Of a DNA stretch of 64,000 nt, positions 9,484-17,752 are shown one piece after another. The stretch spans positions 2,151 through 66,150 of the IMG/VR virus record IMGVR_UViG_2648501128_000003; one strand, written 5' to 3'. The notes under the pieces are model-generated. The model was not told where the DNA came from. It did not search any database and saw only the letters and a list, made by a program, of their open reading frames with translations. Both the position numbers and the translations under genes were made by a program. The DNA is from a virus. Its lineage: Duplodnaviria; Caudoviricetes. Within the stretch, counting starts at the first letter, position 1. Each line of letters begins with the position of its first letter.

Positions 9484-10824
9484 ATGCACTATCCGAATCT
9501 ATTATTTTCGAAAATAGTCGACGAGAACAATCCGCAAGCACTCGCACGCTTCAACGTAACCGAAGGCGACATGCCCACGGATGGCGAGCGTCAAATCTAT
9601 CGCTTTATCACCGACTACGCCGAGCGCAATCGAGGCCAGGCGCCAAGCTATGCGACACTCACAGCCGAATGCCCAGCGTTTGATTATCAGCCACAGGTCG
9701 GCGACAGCTACGAATTCCTAGCGCGCGAAATCAAAAAGCATTCGGCGCAAGTCCAGTTCGCGAAATATGTTAACGAAGAACTCGGCAAGAAATTCGAGAC
9801 GGACGGTCACGCGGACATATTTTCGTTTCTTGACGGCTTGATTTCCGACATAAATTCGATTAAACTAAGAACAAGTGTTCTGAGTAAAATAGGAACAGAC
9901 GTCAAACACGACGGCGACAAGTTTCTCGCGGAATACGAACGGCGCAAGGCTGGCGAGTCGTTCCGCATTTGGCAGTCGAAGTTTAGCGCGATCGGCGAGT
10001 ATGTATCGTCGAATTTATACACGGTATACGGCGAGTCAGGTCGCGGAAAGTCCGTTATTACACTAGAGGATGCGATATATGCCGCCATGCAGGGCGCGAA
10101 TGTTTTAATATGGGCGATGGAAATGGGCTGGTTTGAGTTACTCGTCCGTATTTACGTTAGCATTTCCGGCGATGAAGGCATAACACAAGCGAAAATTAAC
10201 GGCATTAATCTTAACGCTGGCTTCGAAAGTCGCGACGTTCGGCTCGGCAAATTATCGGAGGAATTCGAGTCGGCGTTTAAACAGTTTATCGCAACTATGA
10301 ACGAACGAATCGCCGGCAATATTACGGTGCGTGCAGTCGATGACGAAGATTTTTCGAACCGTAGTTTAAAGGCGCTTGAATCCGATATACTCGCGACAAA
10401 AGCGGATTTCGTGGTCGTCGACCCTTTCTACTATTTGCACTACGAGAAGAATACGTCAAAAACAACGGGCGGCGATGCGGCGAATACCTCGATGAAGTTG
10501 CGAGCATTGGCGGGGCGAACGTCGACTGTTATCGTTGCCATTACGCAGGCTGACGTAAAGAAGGGCGAATCGGACGATGAAGGAAACCGCGAATTAAAGT
10601 TGCCCGACCGTGACGACGTAAAGAAAACTACGCAATTAATGGAGGACGCGTATTTGCTGATCGGAGTCGATACGGACTACAAGCAGGGTCGCGGATTGGT
10701 CGGCGTAAATAAAGGGCGCGACGGTGGCGAAGGCGACAGCGTAGAAATACTGTATATTCCGCAAGTAGGCATCGTCAAGCAGCCGGAATCGGGCGCAGCA
10801 GTTGCGGGGCAGTTCGGATTTTAA
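9484..10824 (+). CDS. DnaB-like replicative helicase
   Basis: Walker A GESGRGKS, AMEM, VVVDPFY, VAITQA, NKGRDG; RBS AAAGGAGG before ATG 9484. Confidence 0.92.
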   Translation: MHYPNLLFSKIVDENNPQALARFNVTEGDMPTDGERQIYRFITDYAERNRGQAPSYATLTAECPAFDYQPQVGDSYEFLAREIKKHSAQVQFAKYVNEELGKKFETDGHADIFSFLDGLISDINSIKLRTSVLSKIGTDVKHDGDKFLAEYERRKAGESFRIWQSKFSAIGEYVSSNLYTVYGESGRGKSVITLEDAIYAAMQGANVLIWAMEMGWFELLVRIYVSISGDEGITQAKINGINLNAGFESRDVRLGKLSEEFESAFKQFIATMNERIAGNITVRAVDDEDFSNRSLKALESDILATKADFVVVDPFYYLHYEKNTSKTTGGDAANTSMKLRALAGRTSTVIVAITQADVKKGESDDEGNRELKLPDRDDVKKTTQLMEDAYLLIGVDTDYKQGRGLVGVNKGRDGGEGDSVEILYIPQVGIVKQPESGAAVAGQFGF

Positions 10825-10956
10825 GAAACTGCGAAAAACGGCGTGCGAATGAGTAAAATCCACAGTTGATCTAGACCGAACGTATAAAAAACGGCGGAAT
10901 TTGACGTTTTACGAGAAATAGACAAGCGAAGTATACTACGAAATAAGGAGGCGCAA

Positions 10957-11952
10957 ATGGCAACGATTCATATACGTAATCAACCGGTAGAAGTCGACGT
11001 CGAAGCGGAGCTGCGCGAATTCAACTGGACGCGCCCACGTTGGACAGGCGACAAGTTACTCGCAGCAAGCCCGTTTCGCTACGATCAGACGCCGAGTTTC
11101 TTCGTCCGGCTCGAACCATACGGAGACTATCCGGCGGGCACTTGGTCAGATAGCGGAGCTTACGATTCGGAGTGGGCAAGCGGCGGCCTCGTGAAACTGC
11201 TTTCATTTTTACGCAATGAGACCTACGGCGAAACGGAAGAATACCTGCTAAACACCTATGGATTCTCGCAAGACACGACCGATATAAAACTTATACCGCC
11301 GCGATTAAAAGTTCAGCAGGCTAGGCAGCCGTTGGCAGAAGCGGAACTAAGCGAATTCACAACGGACTATACGTACTTGGAATCTCGCGGGATAAGCAAG
11401 GAAGTCCAGGCGGAGGCGGGCGTGCTATTCGACGCGAAAAGTCGGGCGGTCGTTATCCCGTGGCTCGACGCAAACGGGCGCCTTCGTAGTGTGAAATTTC
11501 GCACGGTTCGCGGAAAAATGTTTTGGTATCATCGAGGGGCGACGCCTGTGCGCGAATTGGTTTACGGAATTGAATCGGCGAAGCATAAGACGGCAATCTT
11601 GTGTGAAGCGGAAATTGATGCGTTAAGCTGGCGGCAAGCAGGTTACGCAGCGATAGCGGTTGGCGGGGCGAATTTTAACGGTGTGCAAGCGGACATCATC
11701 AAGCGGTCGCCGATCGAGGAATTAGTTATCGCAACAGACAACGATAAGGCAGGCGAAAAATTACGAGAGCAAGTTGAGCGAGTAATGAGCGGACATGTGC
11801 GCGTTAGGCAGGCGTATGTAGATGCGGAGTTTAAGGACGCAAACGAGGCTTTGGTGAGATATGGGGAGTATGCGTTGAGGAATGCGGTGGATAAGTCGGA
11901 AGTAAGGCCGTTGTTGTCCGTGAAACCACGGAGTCTGTCGCTGGGTAAGTAA
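10957..11952 (+). CDS. DNA primase (TOPRIM), degenerate N-terminal zinc finger
   Basis: LCEAEIDALS, ATDNDKAGE, KDANE. Confidence 0.9.
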   Translation: MATIHIRNQPVEVDVEAELREFNWTRPRWTGDKLLAASPFRYDQTPSFFVRLEPYGDYPAGTWSDSGAYDSEWASGGLVKLLSFLRNETYGETEEYLLNTYGFSQDTTDIKLIPPRLKVQQARQPLAEAELSEFTTDYTYLESRGISKEVQAEAGVLFDAKSRAVVIPWLDANGRLRSVKFRTVRGKMFWYHRGATPVRELVYGIESAKHKTAILCEAEIDALSWRQAGYAAIAVGGANFNGVQADIIKRSPIEELVIATDNDKAGEKLREQVERVMSGHVRVRQAYVDAEFKDANEALVRYGEYALRNAVDKSEVRPLLSVKPRSLSLGK

Positions 11953-11991
11953 CGCCTCTTACCCGTTACGTAACGTTCTGACATTCGAGAG

Positions 11992-12201
11992 TTAGTCGTA
12001 GTGCCATTCGTAAAGGTCTTCGATGGAACAATGGAGTATGTCCGCGAAGACTTTTGCGGTTGTCACTTTCATTATGTATCGCTTATTTTCATAATCGCCA
12101 ATTAACCCTTTGTCGACGTTTGAACGCTCGGATAATTGTTGCTGCGTTAATCCTTGCGCTAATCGGCGCTCTCGAAGCAGACACTTTCCGACTTGTGGCG
12201 T
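11992..12201 (-). CDS. XRE-family HTH regulator (69 aa) with apparent ACG start
   Basis: PQVGKCLLRERRLAQGLTQQQLSERSNVDKGLIGDYEN..FADILHCSIEDLYEW; RBS GAGGTG; in-frame TGA just upstream. Confidence 0.75.
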   Translation of the reverse strand, partial: TPQVGKCLLRERRLAQGLTQQQLSERSNVDKGLIGDYENKRYIMKVTTAKVFADILHCSIEDLYEWHYD

Positions 12202-12217
12202 CGTATCTCACCTCGTT

Positions 12218-12436
12218 TTATTCCTCGGTATTCATATCTCCTAATTCTAATTCAATTACTTTTTCGATAGGCACGTTTAAGTGTGTACAAATTTTATGTA
12301 TTGTAGCCAGACTAACCGGTTCATTTCTACTAATAATAGCTTGTGTTCTGGAGTTAAGACCGATAGTGTCCCGCAAATCACTAAGAACTAAACCTTTCTG
12401 TTTTAAAGTTTCTTTAAGTGGTCTATAATTTAACAA
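12218..12436 (-). CDS. XRE/Cro-C1 HTH repressor (HTH_26-like)
   Basis: YRPLKETLKQKG..VSLATIHKICTHLNVPIEKVIE; RBS GGAGGTG. Confidence 0.88.
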   Translation of the reverse strand: MLNYRPLKETLKQKGLVLSDLRDTIGLNSRTQAIISRNEPVSLATIHKICTHLNVPIEKVIELELGDMNTEE

Positions 12437-12457
12437 TTTTATTCACCTCCGAAATCA

Positions 12458-12492
12458 AAAATGTTTACATTTGTAAACATTTTGAGTATAAT
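12458..12492 (+). promoter_or_regulatory. SigA promoter for aimR overlapped by a palindromic operator
   Basis: TTTACA(12464)-17 bp-TATAAT(12487); AAAATGTTTACA-TT-TGTAAACATTTT inverted repeat. Confidence 0.7.
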
Positions 12493-12560
12493 CTAGCTAA
12501 CTACAAAAATGAGTATATCACAAGAATGCAGCGGATTAAATAAAGAAATGAGGTTTTTGT

Positions 12561-13721
12561 ATGATTGCAAACGATATTGAGTCCCAATTAGACACATTCG
12601 AAACGAAAATCAATATAAAAACCCTTTCAGAAATGTCAGGCGTTGCAGAAGCAACAATAAGACGTATTCTTAAGCGCAATCATGAAACGAATTTTTTAAA
12701 TTTATATTTAATTTGCAATATTTTATTCGACGATGACACATTAATTAGGTGGTCTTATTCTTTTGAGTTACCTAATAATATGAAAGCAGCTATGGAATTT
12801 ATGCTACTTAAAAATAAACTCGATGACCTTGATAAATACATAAGGACAAAAGTAAGTAAATGGGACAACAAAAGTGCCAAAAAGTGGGCAAAGGTCTATT
12901 CAATTATTTCCGAGTACGAAAGAAATCCTACCGACCACTTAAAAACACTTAAAAAAATTCGCGGAATATCAGGTTCTGACAAAGAGCTTGAAATCCTTTT
13001 GAAGCTAGTAGAGGCTAATATATTTTATAGAATAGTAGCGGATAATTCATCTTACTTACATGAAATGTCTAGATTATTATTTGAGATAAAAGACCATATT
13101 GGCAACACTAAAGATTTCCTATATGAAGCCTTTAGTTGTAGGTTGAATGACTTGATGAGTAAAAATTTGTTATACGTAAAATCAGATGTAAATAAGGCTA
13201 GACAATACGCAAAGAAAAATATTTATCAAAATATATGTCCGTTATTCAAAGCGAACGCATTATATCTAATAGGTGTTTCTAACATGTTCGAGAGCTACGA
13301 AATTTGCTTACAATACACAAAAAAAGCAATTGACACCTATAGAGTAGCTGGGCACGATAAGTACGCTAACGACCTGGAAAGAAGCGCCGTTCCGTTGATC
13401 AAAGCGCATTTTGGAGTGAAATACGACGAGGAAACAAAAGACCTTTCGGAAATTGCGCATTATGAAGCGAAATGGGGGGATAAGCAAAAATCGAAAAAAA
13501 TAATAAATAAGTTAATAGAAGATTCCGGAGAGACAATGTATCGGCTGTATTATAAAGGAATGGCTGAAGAAAACGAAGAAGCTCTTTTTAAATCACTAAC
13601 GCAATTTCTGAAAATAGGAGATAATTTTTTCGCGCAATTCCCTCTAAATCAACTTCGTAGATCGTCAAATACTAATATGCGCACAATGGCGGAAATGCTT
13701 TACACACAATTTATAAATTAG
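12561..13721 (+). CDS. aimR: AimR-like arbitrium receptor (N-terminal HTH + TPR helices)
   Basis: 386 aa; N-terminal HTH; C-terminal YYKGMAE..SLTQFLKIGDNFFAQFPL typical of AimR; followed by a secreted peptide gene. Confidence 0.88.
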   Translation: MIANDIESQLDTFETKINIKTLSEMSGVAEATIRRILKRNHETNFLNLYLICNILFDDDTLIRWSYSFELPNNMKAAMEFMLLKNKLDDLDKYIRTKVSKWDNKSAKKWAKVYSIISEYERNPTDHLKTLKKIRGISGSDKELEILLKLVEANIFYRIVADNSSYLHEMSRLLFEIKDHIGNTKDFLYEAFSCRLNDLMSKNLLYVKSDVNKARQYAKKNIYQNICPLFKANALYLIGVSNMFESYEICLQYTKKAIDTYRVAGHDKYANDLERSAVPLIKAHFGVKYDEETKDLSEIAHYEAKWGDKQKSKKIINKLIEDSGETMYRLYYKGMAEENEEALFKSLTQFLKIGDNFFAQFPLNQLRRSSNTNMRTMAEMLYTQFIN

Positions 13722-13734
13722 GAGGAATTAGTCA

Positions 13735-13863
13735 ATGAATATCAAAAAGAAAATCATCGCTAGTATCGGAGTAGTCTTAGTTAGTTTAGTACTGTTTGTA
13801 TCTGTGGGTGGAGGAGTTAATGTCGCCGATCTTCCTCGCGGCGGATTTATATTCACGAAATAG
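13735..13863 (+). CDS. aimP: AimP-like arbitrium pre-peptide (42 aa), predicted mature DLPRGG
   Basis: MNIKKKIIASIGVVLVSLVLFVSVGGGVNVA-DLPRGG-FIFTK; RBS AGGAGG; signal peptide plus xxPRGx motif like GMPRGA. Confidence 0.85.
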   Translation: MNIKKKIIASIGVVLVSLVLFVSVGGGVNVADLPRGGFIFTK

Positions 13864-13871
13864 ACAAGCGA

Positions 13872-13900
13872 AGGCACCCAAATCGGGTGTCTTTTTTTGT
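13872..13900 (+). terminator. Terminator after aimP
   Basis: AGGCACCC-AAATC-GGGTGTCT-TTTTTT. Confidence 0.8.
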
Positions 13901-14076
13901 TTACAGAAGTACACATTTTTACCTTGTCCAAATCATGTACGTTTCCAAATAAAACCTTGGTAATTTAGTACAATTTAATTATCAGATAAATTCAATAAAA
14001 CTTTTTTCAAAAAACATGTTCGAAATTAAAGTCACTTGGATTATATCTAGTATAAGAAAAAATGGAGGTAAATAAC

Positions 14077-14721
14077 TTGAGAGAACAACAATTAAATAGT
14101 TTAGTAATCAAATTCCAAGACAATGGATGTGATCTAGTATTTGAGGACATTTACAACGAATTATTGTCCGGCATCAAATACGCAAGTTCTAAAATCGCAA
14201 AGTCAATGGGAGTATCACAGGAGGACGTCATAGCTCTTTACGAGGACACACTCTTACATTGCATAAACAAATGGAATCCAGTCGGAGATTTCCGAAACTT
14301 TTTCCAGTTTTGCGTAAAGAGAGCGAGAGCGAGGATGATACGCGATAGAAAGTCGCTGCATGACCACGAAATGTTTTTCAATGACTTGTCGTCTGATTTT
14401 GGCGAAGAGGACGGCAAGGAGTACGATATCGCTTCGAACTATAATTTAGAAGAAGATGTCCTGGCAAAGAGAAAGGCCGACCAGTTGGCACTGATCGACC
14501 ATTTCCTATCCGATGGCGAATCTGAGACTACGGCAATAGTCCAGATCGCACTCACCTATGAGCCGAGTAATTCGGTTGGCAGACCGATGAAGCTCGAAAA
14601 ATTCGTAGCAACACAACTCGGAATAGATAAACGGACAGTCAAACGCAAATTCGAACGCCTGGCGGGCAAATTCGATTCCAAACAGTTTGGTTCTCACCAA
14701 GACTATTTAGTTGCGCTTTAA
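14077..14721 (+). CDS. Phage sigma-70-like factor
   Basis: Region-2-like LVIKFQ..FEDIY..QEDVIALYEDTLLHCINKW..FRNFF; C-terminal HTH VATQLGIDKRTVKRK; RBS GGAGG before TTG 14077. Confidence 0.78.
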   Translation: MREQQLNSLVIKFQDNGCDLVFEDIYNELLSGIKYASSKIAKSMGVSQEDVIALYEDTLLHCINKWNPVGDFRNFFQFCVKRARARMIRDRKSLHDHEMFFNDLSSDFGEEDGKEYDIASNYNLEEDVLAKRKADQLALIDHFLSDGESETTAIVQIALTYEPSNSVGRPMKLEKFVATQLGIDKRTVKRKFERLAGKFDSKQFGSHQDYLVAL

Positions 14722-14864
14722 TATATGAGCGGAATAGGACCCTTAGGCATTGCGCCCTATTCCCTCGTTCTCATTATAAACGTTATACGCTTTTTCGTAT
14801 AGCGATTAATACAACTGTAATATTAACGCAATTCGACAAATTTAGCAAGTGGAGGTCGATGGTT

Positions 14865-15038
14865 ATGCGCCAAAATTGCGCTGTTAATAAATATTATGCC
14901 CCAATCACGGAAAATAAAACCGCATTTGAGCGAAAAGTTGACCGATTGAAGCACGACGGCGTCCGGAACTACGACGCCAGCCAATCGCAACCAATCGCCG
15001 ACTTACTACCTATTATAAAGGCGGTGCGGCTCGGATGA
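14865..15038 (+). CDS. Small hypothetical protein (57 aa)
   Basis: RBS GGAGG; ATGA overlap with next gene. Confidence 0.6.
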   Translation: MRQNCAVNKYYAPITENKTAFERKVDRLKHDGVRNYDASQSQPIADLLPIIKAVRLG

Positions 15039-15559
15039 AAGTAACGTTAAGCGGTCACGCTAAACAGCGGATTAAAGAGCGATTTAAAATAGGAAACCAA
15101 ACGCCTGAGCAGTGGGTGGAAAACATGCTATCAAAAGCTATGTATTGCGGAGTAGGCGTTGATGATGACGGCAATGAATCCCGAGTTTATAGTTTTCGCG
15201 GAGCATCCTTCTTTCTAGCGATAAAGGCTGACGTCGTTAAAAGCGTTATACCGCCGAGGAAAAGTGACCGCAAAAGGTATAGGGATGCGGTAACTCGAGT
15301 AATCGCCGAGGAATTAGCGAGAGTTAACGACACTATTTCGCAACAAATAGAATCGATACAAACGTTCGTTGACGAATTAATAGAAGAAATCGAGTATCTG
15401 AACGACTGTTTAAAACGTACTCGCTCCTTGCCGAAAAAACTCGCGATAAAAGGACGAATCAAAGCGGTCGAGGAACGGGTTAATGAACTACCGGAAGAAG
15501 CACACGAACTTAAGCGCGAGTTAACGCGATATGCGAGAGGAGCTGCTGCGTACCTATGA
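15035..15559 (+). CDS. Hypothetical protein: DUF4258/RelE-like N-terminus plus coiled coil
   Basis: LSGHAKQRIKERF motif; helical C-terminus. Confidence 0.55.
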   Translation: MKVTLSGHAKQRIKERFKIGNQTPEQWVENMLSKAMYCGVGVDDDGNESRVYSFRGASFFLAIKADVVKSVIPPRKSDRKRYRDAVTRVIAEELARVNDTISQQIESIQTFVDELIEEIEYLNDCLKRTRSLPKKLAIKGRIKAVEERVNELPEEAHELKRELTRYARGAAAYL

Positions 15560-15638
15560 ACGAACTATTAATCGCATTCTCATCGCTCGCCTTCGTCCTT
15601 TGCGTAATAACCACGTGGAGAGCGGCAGGTGAAACGGA

Positions 15639-15758
15639 ATGAGTAAGAAGGCGCAGGTCGTCGATATAAACGCAATCAAACGCAACAAGCGACGCAAGCA
15701 AATCGAAGCAATGTACGTAGCATTTTACGGAAATAGCTGGGCGAAGGCGGCGAAATAA
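15639..15758 (+). CDS. Small basic protein (39 aa); preceded by a 28-aa hydrophobic ORF at 15556-15642
   Basis: RBS AGGTG; ATGA couplings. Confidence 0.5.
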   Translation: MSKKAQVVDINAIKRNKRRKQIEAMYVAFYGNSWAKAAK

Positions 15759-16140
15759 GCCGGCGCCCGCCGGAGAACGTGAAGACAGTCGTTAAGTAAA
15801 GTTGTCGCTAAAACGCAGCGCAGTTACGTAAGCCGCCGTTTTAGTTTCGATTGTAGATATTCGCGTTTTGCGACGGGCGTAAACGGTCGTGGTTTTTGGC
15901 GCAACTATACGCGCCACTTGTGCCGACAAGGGACTACGTTCGGACCCGTTACAACGCTCGGCTGTGCGGACTGACTGGCAATGGGCTAACACAAGCTGTT
16001 AGGCGGTCAGCCTGCGCCGGCTACATCGTCAAACTACTTCGGTAATTTTCCCCGCGACCGAGAAATGCAGGGCTGATTATCGAGGTTACTGCGCAGAGTT
16101 TGGCGGTGTAGCGGGCGCGGGAACAATCCGGCGTTCGAAG
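15759..16140 (+). ncRNA. Candidate large structured RNA (unclassified)
   Basis: Many long helices with G-U pairs, e.g. 16020-16035 with 16096-16111; terminal pairing 15763-15774 with 16110-16132; no credible ORF. Confidence 0.6.
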
Positions 16141-16162
16141 AAAACGAAAAGGAGTCGATTGA

Positions 16163-16903
16163 ATGAGTATTCGCGACATTTTAAAACAGCGTGAGCAACA
16201 ACGCGATCAGGCGTCGAAAGGGGATTCGGAATTTCCTGACGGAGTGACACGTTACGTCCGCATGGGTAAACACGGCGAGGTAAACGCCGACGGACGCACG
16301 TTTGTTATTCTCGCGCAACCTGACGATTGGTACGTGTATTTCGTGCATGAGGACAAAGTGTTCGACGGCAAGACGCATCACAAGTTCCGCAAGCATACGT
16401 GTTTACATTCGCCGAAAGCGGCTGACGATGACATTCTCGCATACTTCAAGCCGGGCAAGGCGGAGTGTATCTCGTGCAAAGCGGGCGCCAAGCGAAAAAT
16501 GTTCTTCATGATTCCGGTATACGACCCGCAATACAAGACATTTCGCGTTATCGATGTCGCCGAGTTTCACGCGAACAATTTAATCGCTGACTACGACAAA
16601 GCCGAAAAGCCTGCGAAAAAGTTCAACAAGGACTATTCGCTCGTTGGCGACGCTGTGTTCATTAAGCAGTCCGATAAGACTTACGCGTTGGAATCGGCGG
16701 AACTGGACGACGCGGTTATCGAAGAAGCGAAAACGTTCCTCGGATTCGACTTTGGCTTCGCTGATCTCGCTAACTTCCGCGAAGAAGCCGACATCATTGA
16801 AATTTTACAAGCTGCGGACGAAGGTGCTGTCGATAAGAGCGTGTTAGGCGTGCAAGCCGACGCAGACCAAACGCAACAAGGCGGGCAAAATTACGACTTC
16901 TAA
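16163..16903 (+). CDS. Phage ssDNA-binding protein (T4 gp32-like)
   Basis: YFVHE..KHTC..CISC..FFMIPVYD zinc/OB signature; acidic tail ending in DF. Confidence 0.7.
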   Translation: MSIRDILKQREQQRDQASKGDSEFPDGVTRYVRMGKHGEVNADGRTFVILAQPDDWYVYFVHEDKVFDGKTHHKFRKHTCLHSPKAADDDILAYFKPGKAECISCKAGAKRKMFFMIPVYDPQYKTFRVIDVAEFHANNLIADYDKAEKPAKKFNKDYSLVGDAVFIKQSDKTYALESAELDDAVIEEAKTFLGFDFGFADLANFREEADIIEILQAADEGAVDKSVLGVQADADQTQQGGQNYDF

Positions 16904-16923
16904 GCGGAAAGGGGACGGTAATT

Positions 16924-17331
16924 ATCGCACATGAAACGATAACCAAAGGTCGCCATTCCGAACTACTCGCACAAACTGCGCTACTTGCTAACGGTTGGTC
17001 GGTCGCGGAGCCTATCGCTCCCGAGCCGTTCGACCTCGTGGCAAGGGCGCCAGGCACTACGGAGTGGCGACGCATTCAAATCAAAAGCGCACGGGTTCGC
17101 GACGATCGTAAAGATCAAGTAGTCTGCAATGCACGGAAGAATAACGGCAAGCCTTACGAAATAAGCGACTGCGACTTGTTTATCGCTGTGTTAAACGGCG
17201 AAGTATTTATGTTTGAGAACCGAGAAATAACCGAGTATTGGGTCGGTGTCGACTTGATAGATACGAAGTGGACGCGTTTATCGACGGGCATCGAATCACT
17301 TAAAACAATCGAAAGCGGGGCGGATAATTAA
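16924..17331 (+). CDS. PD-(D/E)XK endonuclease-like protein; apparent ATC/ATT start
   Basis: AHETITKGRHSELLAQTALLANGWSV..PEPFDLV..RIQIKSA; RBS AAAGGGG at 16908-16914. Confidence 0.72.
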   Translation: MAHETITKGRHSELLAQTALLANGWSVAEPIAPEPFDLVARAPGTTEWRRIQIKSARVRDDRKDQVVCNARKNNGKPYEISDCDLFIAVLNGEVFMFENREITEYWVGVDLIDTKWTRLSTGIESLKTIESGADN

Positions 17332-17678
17332 TGGCGAGATTAAATGTAAAGAAATTATCGGACAAACAAATCGAATATAACGGAGTAATTTACGCAAAGG
17401 CTAGTCACCCAATTCAAACGGGAGATATCGTCCTAGATAACGAGGATCTAGGCGTCAACGCTGCCGGTGGTTTTTACGAAGTTATCCAAGTCAATAGTTA
17501 CGATGATTTTACTGTAATAGACGATGACAGTGACGATAGAGAACGAGATACTAATGATCGGGATTTCGTTCCTTACCGAAAAGTAACTGACGCCGACCAG
17601 CCGATGACTATTACTCTAACGCAGCCGGTTCATTTAATCATCAAGAATATCGCAACAATTGAATTTAAGACGGAATAA
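17331..17678 (+). CDS. Hypothetical protein, paralogous to N-terminus of next gene
   Basis: IEYNGVIYAK..GDIVL..YEV. Confidence 0.7.
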   Translation: MARLNVKKLSDKQIEYNGVIYAKASHPIQTGDIVLDNEDLGVNAAGGFYEVIQVNSYDDFTVIDDDSDDRERDTNDRDFVPYRKVTDADQPMTITLTQPVHLIIKNIATIEFKTE

Positions 17679-17752
17679 GCCTTCGTTGATTTCTGTCGGA
17701 AGGTCAACGGAAAATATTACAGCCGAAAAGGCACGAAATGGAGCGATGTTAA

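Noticed and set aside
12054-12428. Plus-strand 124-aa ORF
   Set aside because: Shadow of two clear minus-strand HTH genes.
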